Assembly (NCBI GenBank): GCA_965140585.1
Contig: OZ223269.1
Location: 448,001-512,000, forward strand
Direction: 5' to 3'
Origin: Spirochaetia bacterium
GTDB lineage: Bacteria > Spirochaetota > Spirochaetia > UBA9216
Length of the DNA: 64,000 bases
Position numbers and translations under genes: made by a program. How positions within the stretch are numbered: the stretch's first letter is position 1; the number at the start of each line of letters is the position of its first letter. The notes under the pieces were generated by a model, which saw only the letters and a list, made by a program, of their open reading frames with translations, had not been told where the DNA came from and searched no databases. Of the stretch, positions 9,472 to 19,372 are shown piece after piece.

Positions 9472-10896
9472 TTGATGATTCAGCTTTACCTGTTTAAAAA
9501 GCTTATCTTCTGCAGTCTTGTATTTTGTATATTTCAGCAGAGTGTTTATGCAGATTCTGAAAGTATATATGCCGGGCTTGACAGCAGCGGACTGTTTAGG
9601 GCCCGGTATAAGGCTGACACCGGAGCCGGAGTTTTTTTTATTCTTTCCTCTTTTGAAAACGGCAATTTTGATTTTGCTGAAGCCGGGTATTCAGGCTCTT
9701 GCTTTACCGCCGGCCGGCTGAAGTATACCGGGCTTCTTTCCCGATTTTTTAATCCCGGCGGCGTTACGCTTTCCGGAACAAAAGAGTTTACCCGAAGCGG
9801 CTGGACTGCTACATCGTCCTTTAGCCGTTCTTCAATATTCGGACTTGCATTTGAAACCGACAGCTGTAATGCCTGGCTGCTCCGATTTAACAATAAAGCG
9901 CTTAATGCGGGGTTTATGACACATCCATTGAAGGCTGAAATTGATTCTGCAGCCGTATTCGACAGCACACTAACAGCTGCTGCAGGATTGACCCATACAG
10001 CAGAACTTAATGACTCATGGTTCGCAGATCATGCACAGCTGCCTCAGCAGCATATATTCTTTATTCGGACAGGTGCTTCCATGTCGTTTCCTCCGGGCCG
10101 TAATGCATCACTTATGAATCCTGCCGAGAGTGATAAACCTGCTTTAATGTTTGATTTAACAGCCGGAGGCTCCTTTCCGGAAAAGACAGAGAAGGGATAC
10201 AGCTGTTCAGGCTTTCTTTCTGCAGGCGGCAAGCTTCTGAATGCAAGATTTAATGCAGTATGGACGGGAAAGAACTTCATCAGAGCAGACGGAGAATATG
10301 CTGCTGACAGTCTGGCTGCCGGAGCGGGTATTTACAGTTCTATCAACCTTCCAGGACTTGTTCTCGATTCATCAGCCTCATATACAATTCAGAACTCAGC
10401 AGAACCGATTATTCCATCTATCAATATTCCAGGTGATAGAAAGGTTTCAGCTAAAATAAAACTTAGTGCCGGAGCATTATCGATGAGTACAGAAGGTTAT
10501 AAAAAAACAAATTATTACAGTAACGGTACTCAAATGGATTCTTACATTGTAAAAAGCTCTATATATTACAGCATGGCCTGCTGCACATTGGGTACAGGCG
10601 GAAAATATTTTTCTGAACTTGAATCAGACGGCGGTTTCTGCGGCGAAATAACAGCATATTTTCTATTCACTTTTTTTACTGACAGAATTGAAACGGAATT
10701 AACCGCTGAAACTGTTCTGGATTATGATGGAGAGCGGGCAGAGCCTGAAAATTATAAATTAAGTATAAAAAATGAGTTCTGCAGCGAAAGATATAGTATT
10801 GAAGCCGATATCGGCCTTGACATCATTCCTGAATCATCAGAACATTCAAACTCGACATGCTTTAATCCTTTTTTCAAATTGAGTTTCAGGAGTTGA
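9472..10896 (+). CDS. Hypothetical exported protein, possibly an outer-membrane beta-barrel
   Basis: Long ORF with signal peptide (...QQSVYA-D), Gly/aromatic alternating strands, C-terminus FFKLSFRS. Start uncertain. Confidence 0.6.
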   Translation: MMIQLYLFKKLIFCSLVFCIFQQSVYADSESIYAGLDSSGLFRARYKADTGAGVFFILSSFENGNFDFAEAGYSGSCFTAGRLKYTGLLSRFFNPGGVTLSGTKEFTRSGWTATSSFSRSSIFGLAFETDSCNAWLLRFNNKALNAGFMTHPLKAEIDSAAVFDSTLTAAAGLTHTAELNDSWFADHAQLPQQHIFFIRTGASMSFPPGRNASLMNPAESDKPALMFDLTAGGSFPEKTEKGYSCSGFLSAGGKLLNARFNAVWTGKNFIRADGEYAADSLAAGAGIYSSINLPGLVLDSSASYTIQNSAEPIIPSINIPGDRKVSAKIKLSAGALSMSTEGYKKTNYYSNGTQMDSYIVKSSIYYSMACCTLGTGGKYFSELESDGGFCGEITAYFLFTFFTDRIETELTAETVLDYDGERAEPENYKLSIKNEFCSERYSIEADIGLDIIPESSEHSNSTCFNPFFKLSFRS

Positions 10897-10944
10897 TGAA
10901 AAGTTGACAAATATTCAATTGGTGAAAAAAAGTACAATAATTCA

Positions 10945-10973
10945 TTGAACAAATAAAACATTGGGTTTACAAT
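10945..10973 (+). promoter_or_regulatory. Sigma70-type promoter of the second ackA
   Basis: TTGAAC-17 bp-TACAAT. Confidence 0.55.
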
Positions 10974-11022
10974 CCTTTAAAGTAAAAAAAGTACAGAAAG
11001 TTAACGCAAACAGGAGCATGAG

Positions 11023-12246
11023 ATGGAAAAACTACTTGTTATCAATTGCGGCAGCTCGTCGCTTAAGTATGAAGTATATGCGATGCCTGAGAAAAAAAGT
11101 CTTGGTAAGGGCTTAGTCGAGCGAATCGGGTCGGATGAAGGAATCATAACCCAGAAATCTGATAATGGCGTCATTGAGATTAAGCAGCCGCTTCCTGATC
11201 ATTCAGCAGCCATGGCTCTGGTCAAAGATGCACTTACTGATCCGGAGAAGGGTATTCTCAAAAATATTTCTGAAATTACCGGTGTCGGACACCGAACTGT
11301 ACATGGCGGAGAAGATTATGCCTCATCTGTAATAATTGATGATGATGTAATTAAAGCAATTGAAAAGAATATTGAACTTGCTCCTCTGCATAATCCTGCG
11401 AACCTTACCGGTATAAAAGAGGCAATGGAGATGCTTCCGGGAGTAAAGCAGGTTGCAGTATTTGATACCGCTTTCCACCAGACACTTGCTCCCTCCTCAT
11501 ACCTTTATGGATTACCGCGGGAGCTCTACGATAAATATAGAATCAGACGCTACGGTTTTCATGGAACCAGCCATCGCTACGTTTCAAATGAAGCTGTGAA
11601 ACTTATGAAAAGATCAGTTGAAAATACGAATGTAATTTCAGCTCATCTTGGAAACGGTGCATCAATAACCGCAATCAAATCAGGAAAGTCTGTTGAAACT
11701 TCAATGGGTTTTACACCTCTCGAAGGTCTTGTTATGGGAACCCGAAGCGGTGATATAGATCCTCAGATTCTGATGTTTCTGATGGATAAGGGATATACAC
11801 CCGCACAGCTGAATAAAATGCTAAACAAGGAAAGCGGCCTTCTGGGACTTTCGGGAGTTTCAAATGATATGCGTGATCTTCATAAGGCTGCCGAAAGCGG
11901 TAATCAGAATGCTCAGGAAGCTCTTGAAGTATTTGCGCACAAGATTAGACAGTACATCGGCGCCTACGCAGCAAACCTTATCAAGCTTGACGCACTTATA
12001 TTTACAGGCGGAATAGGTGAGAATGACGTTAAAACCAGAGAGATGATCTGTCATCAGCTTGAAAATATCGGAATCTTCATGGATTACGAAAAAAACAAGC
12101 AGAACGGTTCGGCTCCCGGAATTGTCTCAATGGATTATTCGCCTGTCTCAATTATTATCATGCCTACCAACGAGGAACTTCAGATAGCAATTGACACCTA
12201 TGAGCTGATATTCGGGGATAAGGTGTGGATGCTCCTTAAATCCTGA
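11023..12246 (+). CDS. ackA: Acetate/propionate kinase, second paralogue
   Basis: INCGSSSLK, GHRTVHGG, PLHNP, FDTAFHQT, HLGNGAS, TNEE. Confidence 0.93.
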   Translation: MEKLLVINCGSSSLKYEVYAMPEKKSLGKGLVERIGSDEGIITQKSDNGVIEIKQPLPDHSAAMALVKDALTDPEKGILKNISEITGVGHRTVHGGEDYASSVIIDDDVIKAIEKNIELAPLHNPANLTGIKEAMEMLPGVKQVAVFDTAFHQTLAPSSYLYGLPRELYDKYRIRRYGFHGTSHRYVSNEAVKLMKRSVENTNVISAHLGNGASITAIKSGKSVETSMGFTPLEGLVMGTRSGDIDPQILMFLMDKGYTPAQLNKMLNKESGLLGLSGVSNDMRDLHKAAESGNQNAQEALEVFAHKIRQYIGAYAANLIKLDALIFTGGIGENDVKTREMICHQLENIGIFMDYEKNKQNGSAPGIVSMDYSPVSIIIMPTNEELQIAIDTYELIFGDKVWMLLKS

Positions 12247-12255
12247 TATCAGAAA

Positions 12256-13593
12256 TTATAGATTAAGCATGTGCCTTGCAATCTCAAAATAGATTGTGAG
12301 GCCGGCTACGTCGATTACTGTTGCCATCAGCGGGGCTGACATCACTGTCGGGTCAAACCCAAGCCTGCTGATGAGCAGCGGTGCAATTATTCCTACAATA
12401 GACGAAAACAGCACCACAAAGCCGAGGGAGGCTCCGATTGTTACAGCCTGATAAAAGCCTATACCTGGCGGAAGGAAGTAGCTACGAAGCAGAATGACGC
12501 AGCCAGTAATAACTCCCATAAGCAGGCCGACAAGCAGTTCCTTTAACAGGACTCTTCCCGCGTCTCTGGGGTAAATTTCACCGGTAGCAAGACCGCGGAT
12601 CATCAGAGTGGACGACTGGCTCCCCGAATTACCTCCTGTCTGTGTTATGACAGGCATAAATACGAACAGAAATGCTGCGGATGTAATCAGATGGTTGTAA
12701 TGATCAACAACATTTGTAGAAATAGTTCCAAGAATCAGCAGGATGATAAGCCAGGGCACTCTCTTTTTAACAAGCCCCCATACCGAAGTATCAAGGTAAG
12801 GATCAATGTTACCGTCCATGGCTCCCATCTTATATGTATCCTCGGTATGCTCCTCACGGATAACGTCGATAATATCGTCGAATGTTACAATACCCAGCAT
12901 CTGATTACGGCTGTCGACTACCGGGAGGGCTATGAGGTCATAGGCTTCAAGAGTTTTTGCAACCTCTTCCTGGTCGGTTTCTTCACGTACGGAAACATAG
13001 TTTGTTTCCATTATCTCGCTGATCTTTTTATTATCATTTGCTGTCAGAAGCTCCCGCAGAGATACTACACCTGACAGCCTCTGCAGATCATCAAGCACAT
13101 AGATATAGTAAACGGTTTCAACTTCCACAGCCGCGCGGCGTACAAAACTTATTGCCTGAGCTATGCTGGTTCCGGCACGAACTGCCAGATAGCGCGGAGT
13201 CATCAGACCTGCAGCATCATCTTCATCAAACCTTAAGAGGAATAATGTTTCCTTCTTTGCCTCTTCACTAAGGCTGTTCCATGCGGATTTTCTTACCTCC
13301 GGAGAAACAGACTGTATAAAGTCGGTAAGGTCGTCCGGATCCATCTCGGAGAGAATCTGCCCGAGACTCTGTTCAGAAAGTGATTCAATCAGTTTCTCCT
13401 GTTCGGAGTAGGACAGGGCGTTCATAAGGTCGACTTTGCTGTCCAGTGAAAGAAACATAATTACCCGAAGGGCTTCATCGTCTGACAGGCTGTGCCAGCC
13501 TTCAACCAGATCTGCAAGGGGGATTTCATTTAAAACCGCTCTGAGTTCCTCCGGAGGCATTTCTTCTAAATTAAGTTTTTCTTTAAGATCCAT
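12256..13593 (-). CDS. mgtE: Magnesium transporter MgtE
   Basis: MgtE N-domain, CBS pair (AAGLMT...), TM region with GGNSGSQS and FDPTVMSAP. Confidence 0.95.
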   Translation of the reverse strand: MDLKEKLNLEEMPPEELRAVLNEIPLADLVEGWHSLSDDEALRVIMFLSLDSKVDLMNALSYSEQEKLIESLSEQSLGQILSEMDPDDLTDFIQSVSPEVRKSAWNSLSEEAKKETLFLLRFDEDDAAGLMTPRYLAVRAGTSIAQAISFVRRAAVEVETVYYIYVLDDLQRLSGVVSLRELLTANDNKKISEIMETNYVSVREETDQEEVAKTLEAYDLIALPVVDSRNQMLGIVTFDDIIDVIREEHTEDTYKMGAMDGNIDPYLDTSVWGLVKKRVPWLIILLILGTISTNVVDHYNHLITSAAFLFVFMPVITQTGGNSGSQSSTLMIRGLATGEIYPRDAGRVLLKELLVGLLMGVITGCVILLRSYFLPPGIGFYQAVTIGASLGFVVLFSSIVGIIAPLLISRLGFDPTVMSAPLMATVIDVAGLTIYFEIARHMLNL

Positions 13594-13691
13594 AATTCTA
13601 CCTCCGGATTAATTGATATGTATTTACAGGATAACCTTATTAGGCTTTTAAGGGAAGCGGGAGCTTCATCGGATATTGCCACGGGCTTATA

Positions 13692-14615
13692 TTACAGTCC
13701 GGTGAAATCACCGACAAATCTTACCTCAGGTTCAAGACTGAAGCCGTAGGCCTCAAAAACTTTTTCAGCGGTCAGCTTTATGAGGCGGTAGATGTCGGAT
13801 GAGCTGGCTGTCCCGGGATTAATAATGATATTGGCGTGCTTCTCTGATATCATGGCTCCACCTTCCTTCAGTCCCCGCAGACCGAGTGAATCAATTATCT
13901 GTCCGCTGGGCTTACCGAACTCCCGATTATTTTTAAAAATGGAACCTGCACAAGGGGCGGCATAATGTCCCTTACTTTCACGATCTGATCTGTTAGCCTT
14001 CATCACTGCTTCAATTTCCGGAATATTTCCCTTTTCAAGACTGAACGAGGCTGAAAGGATTATACTCTTATTGCTTTGAAAGGGAGAGTGCTTGTATTTA
14101 AAATCTTCAGGTTTAAAAGCGTAGTCGACAGGTTCAAGATTCAGGTCAAGGTATCTTACCGACCTGAGTATGTCGGAAATTGATCTTCCGTAGCACCGGG
14201 CATTCATCCAGACTGCTCCGCCGATAGTTCCGGGCATCCCGTAAAATGAATCAAAACCCTGCAGTCCTGCTTCACAGGCTTTTTCTGCAATACGGTCAAC
14301 TACTGCTCCGCAGCCGGCGTTGAGTATCCCGCCGATTTCAACATCAATACTGCTAAGTGATCCTGTATCTACAACGGCGCCCCTTATTCCGCTGTCTGCT
14401 ACAAGCAGATTAGAACCTCCGCCTATAATGAAACAGGGAACTGTTTCAGAAGCAAGTGTCTGCAGAAGGTTTATAAGGCTGTTCTCATCGGAAGGCTTAA
14501 TATAAACATCTGCATTCCCGCCTGTTTTAAACGTAGTGTGCTCAGCCATTGGTTCATTAAACCGGATTTCGCCGCCGATGTTGATTTTTTTGAGTATATT
14601 CCGTAAATTAGTCAC
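13692..14615 (-). CDS. murB: UDP-N-acetylenolpyruvoylglucosamine reductase
   Basis: HTTFKTGG, GGGSNLL, PGTIGGAVWMNA, AGSIFKN, HANIIIN, LEPEV. Confidence 0.95.
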   Translation of the reverse strand: MTNLRNILKKINIGGEIRFNEPMAEHTTFKTGGNADVYIKPSDENSLINLLQTLASETVPCFIIGGGSNLLVADSGIRGAVVDTGSLSSIDVEIGGILNAGCGAVVDRIAEKACEAGLQGFDSFYGMPGTIGGAVWMNARCYGRSISDILRSVRYLDLNLEPVDYAFKPEDFKYKHSPFQSNKSIILSASFSLEKGNIPEIEAVMKANRSDRESKGHYAAPCAGSIFKNNREFGKPSGQIIDSLGLRGLKEGGAMISEKHANIIINPGTASSSDIYRLIKLTAEKVFEAYGFSLEPEVRFVGDFTGL

Positions 14616-14666
14616 AGCGGTATTCTATCTGAAATTCCGTGATATTACCATATGCCGGAGGCAATT

Positions 14667-16076
14667 GTGCAGATTCGACTTTATAACACACTGGGCCGTG
14701 AGCTTCAGGAACTTAAACCTGTAAAAGAGGGTAAAGTCGGACTATACTGCTGCGGCCCTACTGTTTACAACTTCGCTCACATAGGAAACCTTAGAACCTA
14801 TATCTTTGAAGATATCCTTAGAAGAGCTCTTGAATATGCAGGGTTTAAGGTTAATCATATCATGAACATTACCGATGTCGGCCATCTGACCGGTGATACT
14901 GATGACGGCGAAGACAAGATGGAGAAAAGTGCCAGGGAAACAGGAAAAACTCCTGAAGATATTGCCGCTTTCTATACCGAGGCTTTTTTTAACGATACTC
15001 AGCGGCTTAATATTCTGAAACCCTCAACATCATGTGCGGCGACAGACCATATCGGCAACATGATAGGCCTCATCAAGCGGCTAGAAAAAAATGGATTTAC
15101 CTACGTTTCCGGCGGAAATGTATACTTTGATACCTCAAAGTTCCCGTCCTATGGCGAGCTTGCACTGCTTGACAGACAGCAGCTTCGCGACGGCGCAAGA
15201 ATTGAGGTTGATACAAACAAGAAAAACCCCAGAGACTTCGTTCTCTGGTTTACCAACTCAAAATTTGAGAATCATCTCATGCAGTGGGATTCCCCCTGGG
15301 GAAGCGGCTATCCGGGATGGCATATTGAATGTTCGGCTATGAGTATGAAATACCTCGGAGAGACCTTTGATATCCACTGCGGAGGAATTGACCACATTCC
15401 GGTTCACCATACCAATGAAATAGCCCAGTCAGAGGCTGCCACCGGCAAGAAGTGGGTCAACTACTGGGTACATGGCGAGTTTCTGCTGATGGATAAGCAG
15501 AAGATGGCTAAATCTGCCGGTAATTTTATTACACTCCAGACTCTTGTTGACAGCGGTTATGACCCGCTGGATTATAGATATTTCTGTCTCGGCGGGCACT
15601 ACAGATCACAGCTTGTATTCAACTATGAATCACTTGATGCTTCAAGGAACGCCAGAGTTAATCTGAATGACAGGGTAATTGCTCTTAAATCGGCCGTAGA
15701 GCCTGCAGAGGTCAATGCAATTTCCGAATCTGCTGCAAAATATCTTACCGATTTTGACGGACATCTTGCCAACGACCTGAATGCTCCGCGTGCTCTTTCT
15801 GAGATGTGGCAGCTTCTCAAGGACAGCAGTATAAGTGAGCAGGACAAGCTTACAGCAGTACTGCAGATGGACAGAGTGCTCGGTCTCAGGCTGGATGAGC
15901 TGGAAGCTGCACTCCCGGAGCTGACAGAAGAGGAGGCTGCGCTTGTACAGCAGAGAGAGGATGCCCGAAAGTCAAAAGACTGGCAGAAAGCCGATGAAGC
16001 AAGAGATAAGCTGCTTTCCATGGGTATAATCATAAAAGATACCCCCCAGGGGCCGAGATGGACAAAAAGAGTGTAA
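14667..16076 (+). CDS. cysS: Cysteine--tRNA ligase
   Basis: [23 protein letters not shown]. Start taken as GTG 14667 after GGAGG (ATG 14652 is the alternative). Confidence 0.96.
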   Translation: MQIRLYNTLGRELQELKPVKEGKVGLYCCGPTVYNFAHIGNLRTYIFEDILRRALEYAGFKVNHIMNITDVGHLTGDTDDGEDKMEKSARETGKTPEDIAAFYTEAFFNDTQRLNILKPSTSCAATDHIGNMIGLIKRLEKNGFTYVSGGNVYFDTSKFPSYGELALLDRQQLRDGARIEVDTNKKNPRDFVLWFTNSKFENHLMQWDSPWGSGYPGWHIECSAMSMKYLGETFDIHCGGIDHIPVHHTNEIAQSEAATGKKWVNYWVHGEFLLMDKQKMAKSAGNFITLQTLVDSGYDPLDYRYFCLGGHYRSQLVFNYESLDASRNARVNLNDRVIALKSAVEPAEVNAISESAAKYLTDFDGHLANDLNAPRALSEMWQLLKDSSISEQDKLTAVLQMDRVLGLRLDELEAALPELTEEEAALVQQREDARKSKDWQKADEARDKLLSMGIIIKDTPQGPRWTKRV

Positions 16077-16101
16077 CCTCAGCGCAGGAAAGTTGTTTAT
16101 T

Positions 16102-16629
16102 ATGGTAGACGATGAAAGGGCCGTGGATTCCTTCGAACAGGTCTACTCTGAAGTTTTTCCTGTTCTTATAAAAATAGCCTATCATATCACCGGAAATCCG
16201 GATGTCGGAGAGGAACTCTGTCAGGAAGCTTTTCTTAAATATATATCACGTCCTGTCGGAATCCCAACTATCGAACAGTCCAGATACTGGCTGATAAGGG
16301 TGGTCAAAAACCTTTGTTTTAATTATGTTAAAAGAAAGGGAAGGGAATCACGGGCTGTTGATCGTATTAAGCTGCTTCCCCAGACAGATAATGGGACCGG
16401 GGAAACTGACCTTTTGAACAAGGAACGGATTGAAACAGTCAGGAAGGCTTTAATGGAACTTCCTCTTAATCTGAGAACCGTTTTGATTTTTAAGGAATAC
16501 GGTCAGCTGAATTACAAAGAAATTGCTTCCATTCTTAGAATTACAGAAGGGAATGTGAAGGTCAGAGTATACAGAGCCAGGTCGATATTGGAAGAGATTC
16601 TTTCAAGGGAGGATTTTGATGTGTCCTGA
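16102..16629 (+). CDS. ECF (sigma-24 type) RNA polymerase sigma factor
   Basis: Region 2 (EELCQEAFLK...WLIRVVKN) and region 4 (YKEIASIL...VKVRVYRAR). Confidence 0.92.
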   Translation: MVDDERAVDSFEQVYSEVFPVLIKIAYHITGNPDVGEELCQEAFLKYISRPVGIPTIEQSRYWLIRVVKNLCFNYVKRKGRESRAVDRIKLLPQTDNGTGETDLLNKERIETVRKALMELPLNLRTVLIFKEYGQLNYKEIASILRITEGNVKVRVYRARSILEEILSREDFDVS

Positions 16630-17155
16630 CAGACAATTACTGTCTGCTTTTTATGACGGTGAGCTTGATTCAAAATGGCATGATGAGGCCGAATCCCATA
16701 TTAAAAATTGTACAGACTGCAAAGATACTGTAAACAGTTATACCGCTATCGGCGGTTTACTTTCGGAATCAATCGTTCCGGAGCAGCAGCTGCGAATGGC
16801 AAGAGTTGCCGCAACTCTGGAGCGCAAAAGGCAGATGATGCCCGAACGCAATATTTCCAGGGTTATAAGTATGCCTCTGCCTGTATTTGCCGGTGCTGCC
16901 GCCGCTATGCTTATAGTTTTGTTCCTGGGGCTTTTCCTTCTTTTTACTACGGGCAGAACAACTGAATATGTTGCTGAAGAAATCAAGGATGATGTCCAGG
17001 ATTTTGAGGTTATAAGCCTTGAAGATGCTGCCGCCTACATCTTTGCCAGTGATGAAGGCTTTGATCTTCTTATCACAATACCTGCCGGTGATACCCCTGC
17101 TATGACCGGAGAACCCCAACTTATCCGAAAAGCTGATTATCATCGGGGGCAATAG
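16619..17155 (+). CDS. Zinc-binding (ZAS / zf-HC2) transmembrane anti-sigma factor
   Basis: LSAFYDGEL...HIKNCTDC (HxxxCxxC), one TM helix, overlaps the sigma gene. Confidence 0.88.
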   Translation: MCPDRQLLSAFYDGELDSKWHDEAESHIKNCTDCKDTVNSYTAIGGLLSESIVPEQQLRMARVAATLERKRQMMPERNISRVISMPLPVFAGAAAAMLIVLFLGLFLLFTTGRTTEYVAEEIKDDVQDFEVISLEDAAAYIFASDEGFDLLITIPAGDTPAMTGEPQLIRKADYHRGQ

Positions 17156-17649
17156 TGCGAAGGAGTATAAGCAGAATTGTACTCCTGCTGGTTTCTGTGC
17201 TCGGGGTAAATGCACAGAATGCAGGTTTCGATTTTGATTTTATAAAAGGCAAAAAACTTGAGATTAACCTCGTTACCAGGGGGCTTGGTACTGACAATGA
17301 AACCCTCTGGCATATGGAAAGCAACAGGATCGCTGTATCGGGTGAAGCTGTAAAAGTAAAGCTTTCAGGTGATAATCTCGTTGTTATAGCAAATATCACC
17401 CCTTATCTCAACGAAGACAACACTGTCTTTCTTGTGGCTAAAGGCGAAATTTTTCTATCCAACAATACTGACAGTAAGGAAGTTAAATACTATACTACTC
17501 TGAAAAGTCTTCCGGTTAAATTCGGTGAGACTGCTGTATTTTTTCCGCTGGGGATGGCATATGATTCCGACAGCAATGTATACAGCATCGAAATGGATAT
17601 TCAGGTTCTATCAGTAGAAGATGACTCTGACTCAGTAAGGACGGAATGA
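17155..17649 (+). CDS. Hypothetical exported protein
   Basis: Signal peptide (VNA-Q); translationally coupled within the sigma operon. Confidence 0.75.
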   Translation: MRRSISRIVLLLVSVLGVNAQNAGFDFDFIKGKKLEINLVTRGLGTDNETLWHMESNRIAVSGEAVKVKLSGDNLVVIANITPYLNEDNTVFLVAKGEIFLSNNTDSKEVKYYTTLKSLPVKFGETAVFFPLGMAYDSDSNVYSIEMDIQVLSVEDDSDSVRTE

Positions 17650-19301
17650 TAAAAACTCTTTTTAAAAACCGGTTATTTCTCCCAATTGTTATTCTCGCAG
17701 CGGTTATTGCAGGATTTGTAGTCAATGCTTCGGGTATTTACCGTTTTCCTGTAATCAGTTCCATTGAACCCGATGTAGCATATCCCGGAGAAAATATCAG
17801 AATTATCGGAAGCAATTTCGGAAGTGTACGAAGCGGAGTTGAGGTCCGAATAGCCGGTGTACGGGCTATGTCTAATGATTATGAGAAATGGTCTGATAAT
17901 GAGATAATTGTAAGAATTCCCGAAGATGCTGATTCCGGTCTGGTTACAGTAAAAACCAGGCGTAAGGTAAGCAATGGTGTTCTTTTTACCAACCGGGAAC
18001 ATATTCCGGTTATTCTTTCCGGCCCGCAGAAACCCGGTTACCCTTATATGGAGTCCCTATCGCCTGAAAGCGGATCGGTAGGAAGTCTCCTAACTATAAA
18101 AGGTCTGAATTTTGGTCATGAAAGAGGTACTGCGGAAGTTTTTTTTGCGGCTGCCGGGCTTGATGAAGAAGCTCCCGGAGGTGATGATTCACTTGCAGGG
18201 ATGATAGTCTGTTCCGAAATTGATTATGATTATGACAGCTGGGATGATCAGCAGATAAATGTATTCATACCCGACGGTGCTTCATCAGGAAACATCAGAA
18301 TACAGACTGACAGAGGCATCAGCAACGCACTCTATTTTGAAGTTGAAGATAATTCCGGTATTAAAAATTATACTGATAAGAAAGGCTACCAGATAGAATA
18401 TGGTGTTGATATTAACAGGGTAGACGGCAATGTTTCCAACAGCCTTGATCTCTGGATACCTGTAGTTCGGCCGGGCCTTGAACAGAGAAACGTCGAGACT
18501 ACTACAGAACCTGCTCCGCTATGGGAGAATTATCTGGGACTGATGCGTTATTCATTTTCAGATATTACAGATAACGAAACAAAACAGATAAATATTCAGA
18601 CCTGGTTTGAATGTTATGCTATAGAAACAAGGGTAAATACCGCAAAAGTTCAGACGCGGTATAACGAGGATCGAAGGCTGTTCAAGGTTTATACACAGGC
18701 TGAAACATTAATACCCTCCGGGGATGATACAGTCAAACGGTGGTCGTCATCTGCTGTTGGCCGTGAACGCAACCCCTACCGCAAGGCTGAAAATATTTAT
18801 AACTATCTTCTCAAGAACCTCGAATATAGTTTAAAACCTGCAAGCACGCTGATTACAGAAAATATAAACAGCGGCGAGGGTGATTCATATACATATTCAG
18901 TGCTTTTTGCTGCAATGTGCAGGGCGGCAGGCATTCCCGCCCGTCCAGTTGCCGGTGTGCTTATCTACAATAATAAACAGTCAATAAATCATTACTGGGC
19001 TGAGTTTTACCTTGAAGGCTACGGCTGGATACCTGTCGATCCGGCCCTTGGTGACGGCGCCAGGTTCGGTAATTTTCCTCTTGCGGATGAGACTCAGCCG
19101 GCATCGTATTATTTCGGCAGCCTTGATAACCAGCATCTCACTTTTACCAGGGGTGTAATACCGGTCCGGCAGATTGCTCCTGAAGGAAAAATTGTTACAA
19201 GGAAGGGGCTTTTCTCCTTACAGACTATTTATGAAGAATCTGCGGGATTATTTTCATATTCTTCATTATGGCGCTCTGTAAGGGTAGTTAATTGGTGGTA
19301 A
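17646..19301 (+). CDS. IPT/TIG-repeat transglutaminase-like protein (Cys>Ser at the nucleophile position)
   Basis: N-terminal anchor, two IPT/TIG repeats (GSNFG...WSDNEI), core GDSYTYS...AAGIPARPV...HYWAEFY...WIPVDP. Confidence 0.85.
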   Translation: MIKTLFKNRLFLPIVILAAVIAGFVVNASGIYRFPVISSIEPDVAYPGENIRIIGSNFGSVRSGVEVRIAGVRAMSNDYEKWSDNEIIVRIPEDADSGLVTVKTRRKVSNGVLFTNREHIPVILSGPQKPGYPYMESLSPESGSVGSLLTIKGLNFGHERGTAEVFFAAAGLDEEAPGGDDSLAGMIVCSEIDYDYDSWDDQQINVFIPDGASSGNIRIQTDRGISNALYFEVEDNSGIKNYTDKKGYQIEYGVDINRVDGNVSNSLDLWIPVVRPGLEQRNVETTTEPAPLWENYLGLMRYSFSDITDNETKQINIQTWFECYAIETRVNTAKVQTRYNEDRRLFKVYTQAETLIPSGDDTVKRWSSSAVGRERNPYRKAENIYNYLLKNLEYSLKPASTLITENINSGEGDSYTYSVLFAAMCRAAGIPARPVAGVLIYNNKQSINHYWAEFYLEGYGWIPVDPALGDGARFGNFPLADETQPASYYFGSLDNQHLTFTRGVIPVRQIAPEGKIVTRKGLFSLQTIYEESAGLFSYSSLWRSVRVVNWW

Positions 19302-19372
19302 ATATGTTTATGATTAAGAGTATGGACGCCGATATTATAAAAAGAATAAAACTCTTTCTGGTTAGGTGAGGT

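Noticed and set aside
13594-13691. Mg2+ (M-box) or fluoride riboswitch before mgtE
   Set aside because: Too short for an M-box. GATGAAGCTC resembles the crcB core but its flanks do not pair.
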